Source: Syncephalis fuscata S228 (lineage: Eukaryota; Fungi; Zoopagomycota). Taken from it: a stretch of DNA of 64,000 nucleotides. Positions 63,080 through 64,000 of this stretch are shown here, piece by piece. The stretch's first letter is position 1, and each line of letters begins with the position of its first letter. The position numbers were made by a program, and so were the translations under genes. The stretch is from positions 108,966-172,965 of the forward strand of contig JAHLTZ010000043.1 in NCBI GenBank assembly GCA_025786725.1. Direction: 5' to 3'. The notes beneath the pieces are model-generated. The model did no database searches. It worked only from the letters and a program-made list of their open reading frames with translations, and was not told where the DNA came from.

Positions 63080-63470
63080 TTTAGAGTTATTTGGTGTGTC
63101 CAATTTAGTGTCTGCATATTGCATTGTGTGTAGTTTAGCCGATGCAGTCTACTTTACAGACAAAAACGGACAACATCATTAGTTTAATGGAATATTCTAT
63201 TGTTAAAGATGCCGCGATGAATTATGCCACAGACTGAGTAGCGTCTAAATCTTGAATGATTACAAGTTGATGTATAATCTATTACCACCATTCACTCAAA
63301 GCTAATAATAGTTTACTAGAATTGTTTGATGTGTCTAGGCTCTCATCTGCATATTGCATTGCATAGAATTTAGGCAATGCAACTTAGTTTACAGCTGAAA
63401 GCTGAAGACGAAGATAACTTGTTGGAATGTTCCATTGCTCAAAATGCTGTGATGCATCATGCTACAAACA
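63080..63470 (-). repeat. Diverged ~235-bp tandem duplication, probably the decayed coding repeat of a pseudogene
   Basis: Shared core TCTGCATATTGCATTG at 63111 and 63346 with alignable flanks. Minus-strand translations align (…MQYADTKLDTPNNS / …MQYADESLDTSNNS) but contain stops. Confidence 0.55.
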
Positions 63471-64000
63471 GTACTTATTTTATAGATAGTTTCAGGTGGT
63501 TAGGATTAGCCGCCACTTAAATGATGCAGGTGCACAACATGTGGCATGATAGGCCTGGATGTAATGCATTTGTGAATTCAGAGCAATCATTCCCTGTAAC
63601 AATGGGCATAGTATCAAATGAAATGCACGCATGTACCAATCAGTACACTATAATTTAAAAATTACAACTGATTCATGTATAGCAGTAAAAATCTGTATAA
63701 AATATTAGTTTGATGTATTAAACTTGTTTTTGCATCAATGTTATGCACTATTTTGTATGCATGCGGATATGGAGGATTGAGTTATTTAACGGAAGTAACA
63801 GCAAAGATGTCTTTGTCGTTTTCACAAAACCAAGCAATATACTTGTTTTTATCAAGTAGTTAAATCGTGTAACAAAAAATACAGGCTGATGTTTCTACCT
63901 TTATCGCATATGTACAGAATTATTACCATTGCTGTGTTATTTGCCTAAATGGTTGGCAGGCTGAAGTAAAGACCGGGCAGGTTATGCACTATGCGCATGC

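Noticed and set aside
1-64000. tRNA-Sec, SECIS element or clear selenoprotein gene near eEFSec
   Set aside because: TTCAAA sites (e.g. ~8111, ~36795) lack a cloverleaf and no UGA in a redox motif was found. Eukaryotic Sec genes are not normally clustered, and a covariance search would be needed.

Overview
AT-rich, gene-dense eukaryotic DNA with many short (~50-70 nt) spliceosomal introns. It reads as an early-diverging fungus; the intronless fungalysin pair, orphan secreted and membrane proteins and intron style suggest a Zoopagomycota mycoparasite such as Syncephalis (inference, not verified). Recognisable genes: an inverted pair of M36 fungalysins, neutral ceramidase, NDUFB7, selenocysteine-specific elongation factor eEFSec, UTP18, MRPL1, kinesin-3 (UNC-104/KIF1), RSC9/ARID2, nucleolin-like NSR1, two decaying cytochrome P450 paralogs, GPI1/PIG-Q, GYP7, TIM9, a 7TM-like orphan, a ZIP zinc transporter, cullin-4 and an NAD kinase. 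Highlights: (1) an intact 13-exon eEFSec, implying selenocysteine use, which most fungi lack; (2) two minor-spliceosome (U12-type) introns, a GT-AG one inside eEFSec and an AT-AC one in RSC9; (3) a PB1-like domain fused to NAD kinase; (4) a spliced small membrane-protein ORF ending 36 bp before the PIG-Q start (possible dicistron/uORF); (5) a cluster of Zap1-like zinc-responsive elements upstream of the ZIP transporter. Many single-base frameshifts in essential genes look like long-read assembly errors. All gene models were assembled by eye, with no database searches.
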